Source: an uncultured archaeon
Lineage (GTDB): Archaea > Aenigmatarchaeota > Aenigmatarchaeia > QMZP01 > QMZT01
Assembly: GCA_964554465.1 (NCBI GenBank)
Contig: CAZKOV010000002.1
Span: 2,935 to 34,949 of the forward strand
DNA: 32,015 bases
Reading direction: 5' to 3'
Both the position numbers and the translations under genes were made by a program. The notes under the pieces are model-generated. The model was given only the letters and a program-made list of their open reading frames with translations. It did no database searches and was not told the origin of the DNA. This document shows positions 31,571 through 32,015 of this stretch, in pieces (the stretch's first letter is position 1; every line of letters begins with the position of its first letter).

Positions 31571-32015
31571 ATGAAACATATTTTAGCCGTTTTCGTGATG
31601 GCCGTTTTTGTACTTAGTGTTTTCTCTGTGAGTATACTGGCAGAAGGAAACAACGCACCTTATGGTGCAGGTAATCAGGATTCCGGACAACCTGGGCTTT
31701 ATAACGATTCTGGTGAAATGGGGTCAAACGAACCTGAAGTAACAGGAGTAAATACACAGAACCAAGTAATAGATACAAGATTAAGGGTCTGTGTGGATTT
31801 CATGCAGAAGAACAGGCTTTCAAGGACTCCTCTAGAGACATGTCAGAAGATGTTCAGGGAAGAGTTAAGATGCCAAGAATATCTTGAAGGTTTAGGTGTT
31901 GAGGAAGCTGAAGCTAAATGCGGCAGGCTTTTCCAAGAAGGAGCACAGATTATAAAAGAAAGAGCTTATGTGGCCCAACAGGTTACACAGGCAGTTGCGG
32001 AATGGAGATTGAAAA
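31571..32015 (+). CDS. Secreted hypothetical protein, 5' partial view (open to the window end; not in the ORF track)
   Basis: Translated by hand: MKHILAVFVMAVFVLSVFSVSILAEGNNAPYGAGNQDSGQPGLYND...CVDFMQKNRLSRTPLETCQKMFREELRCQEYLEG...KCGRLFQEG, with no stop up to 32015. GGGGTGA SD 6 nt upstream. Signal peptide and four spaced Cys. Confidence 0.6.
   Translation, partial: MKHILAVFVMAVFVLSVFSVSILAEGNNAPYGAGNQDSGQPGLYNDSGEMGSNEPEVTGVNTQNQVIDTRLRVCVDFMQKNRLSRTPLETCQKMFREELRCQEYLEGLGVEEAEAKCGRLFQEGAQIIKERAYVAQQVTQAVAEWRLK

Overview
The window is archaeal. The evidence is bulge-helix-bulge tRNA introns, Ogg2-, Hef- and AglB-type proteins, TTTAAATA-type TATA boxes, and GGTGA/GGAGGT Shine-Dalgarno sites. 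The many O2-detoxification genes suggest a strict anaerobe. It holds about 40 tightly packed genes in six blocks.
(i) 72-1903: an XRE regulator, a radical SAM enzyme with a twitch/SPASM-like C-terminus, a 59-aa membrane ORF, and a 52-aa desulforedoxin-like peptide with 10 Cys.
(ii) 2009-5197: three small overlapping genes (one a winged-helix protein) and a 725-aa beta-propeller surface protein.
(iii) 5313-6856: a Fur/PerR-like regulator, reverse rubrerythrin, a glutaredoxin-like protein and desulfoferrodoxin, in one operon.
(iv) 6948-11890: PadR plus a MacB-type ABC system (ATPase, COG1361-like surface protein, two FtsX permeases).
(v) 11892-26326, all on the minus strand: type II pantothenate kinase, an OPT transporter, a stand-alone STT3/AglB C-terminal-domain lipoprotein, a PspC protein, a cupin, Ogg and rubrerythrin. 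These are followed by an HExxH membrane protein, a small TM protein, a K/E/P-rich protein, VWA, DUF58, two tandem MoxR ATPases and two paralogous sequon-rich secreted proteins.
(vi) 26448-32015: a Hef-like helicase, a 283-nt tRNA(CAU) gene interrupted by three introns, NUDIX, an AbrB-PhoU regulator, two unknown small genes, a membrane-tethered wHTH protein, and a partial secreted protein.
The most notable items are the triple-intron tRNA, the expanded MoxR-DUF58-VWA cluster, the orphan WWDYG-domain lipoprotein and the radical SAM / Cys-rich peptide trio. I saw no CRISPR array, rRNA, transposase or integrase. All family assignments come from motif recognition by eye; no database search was run.
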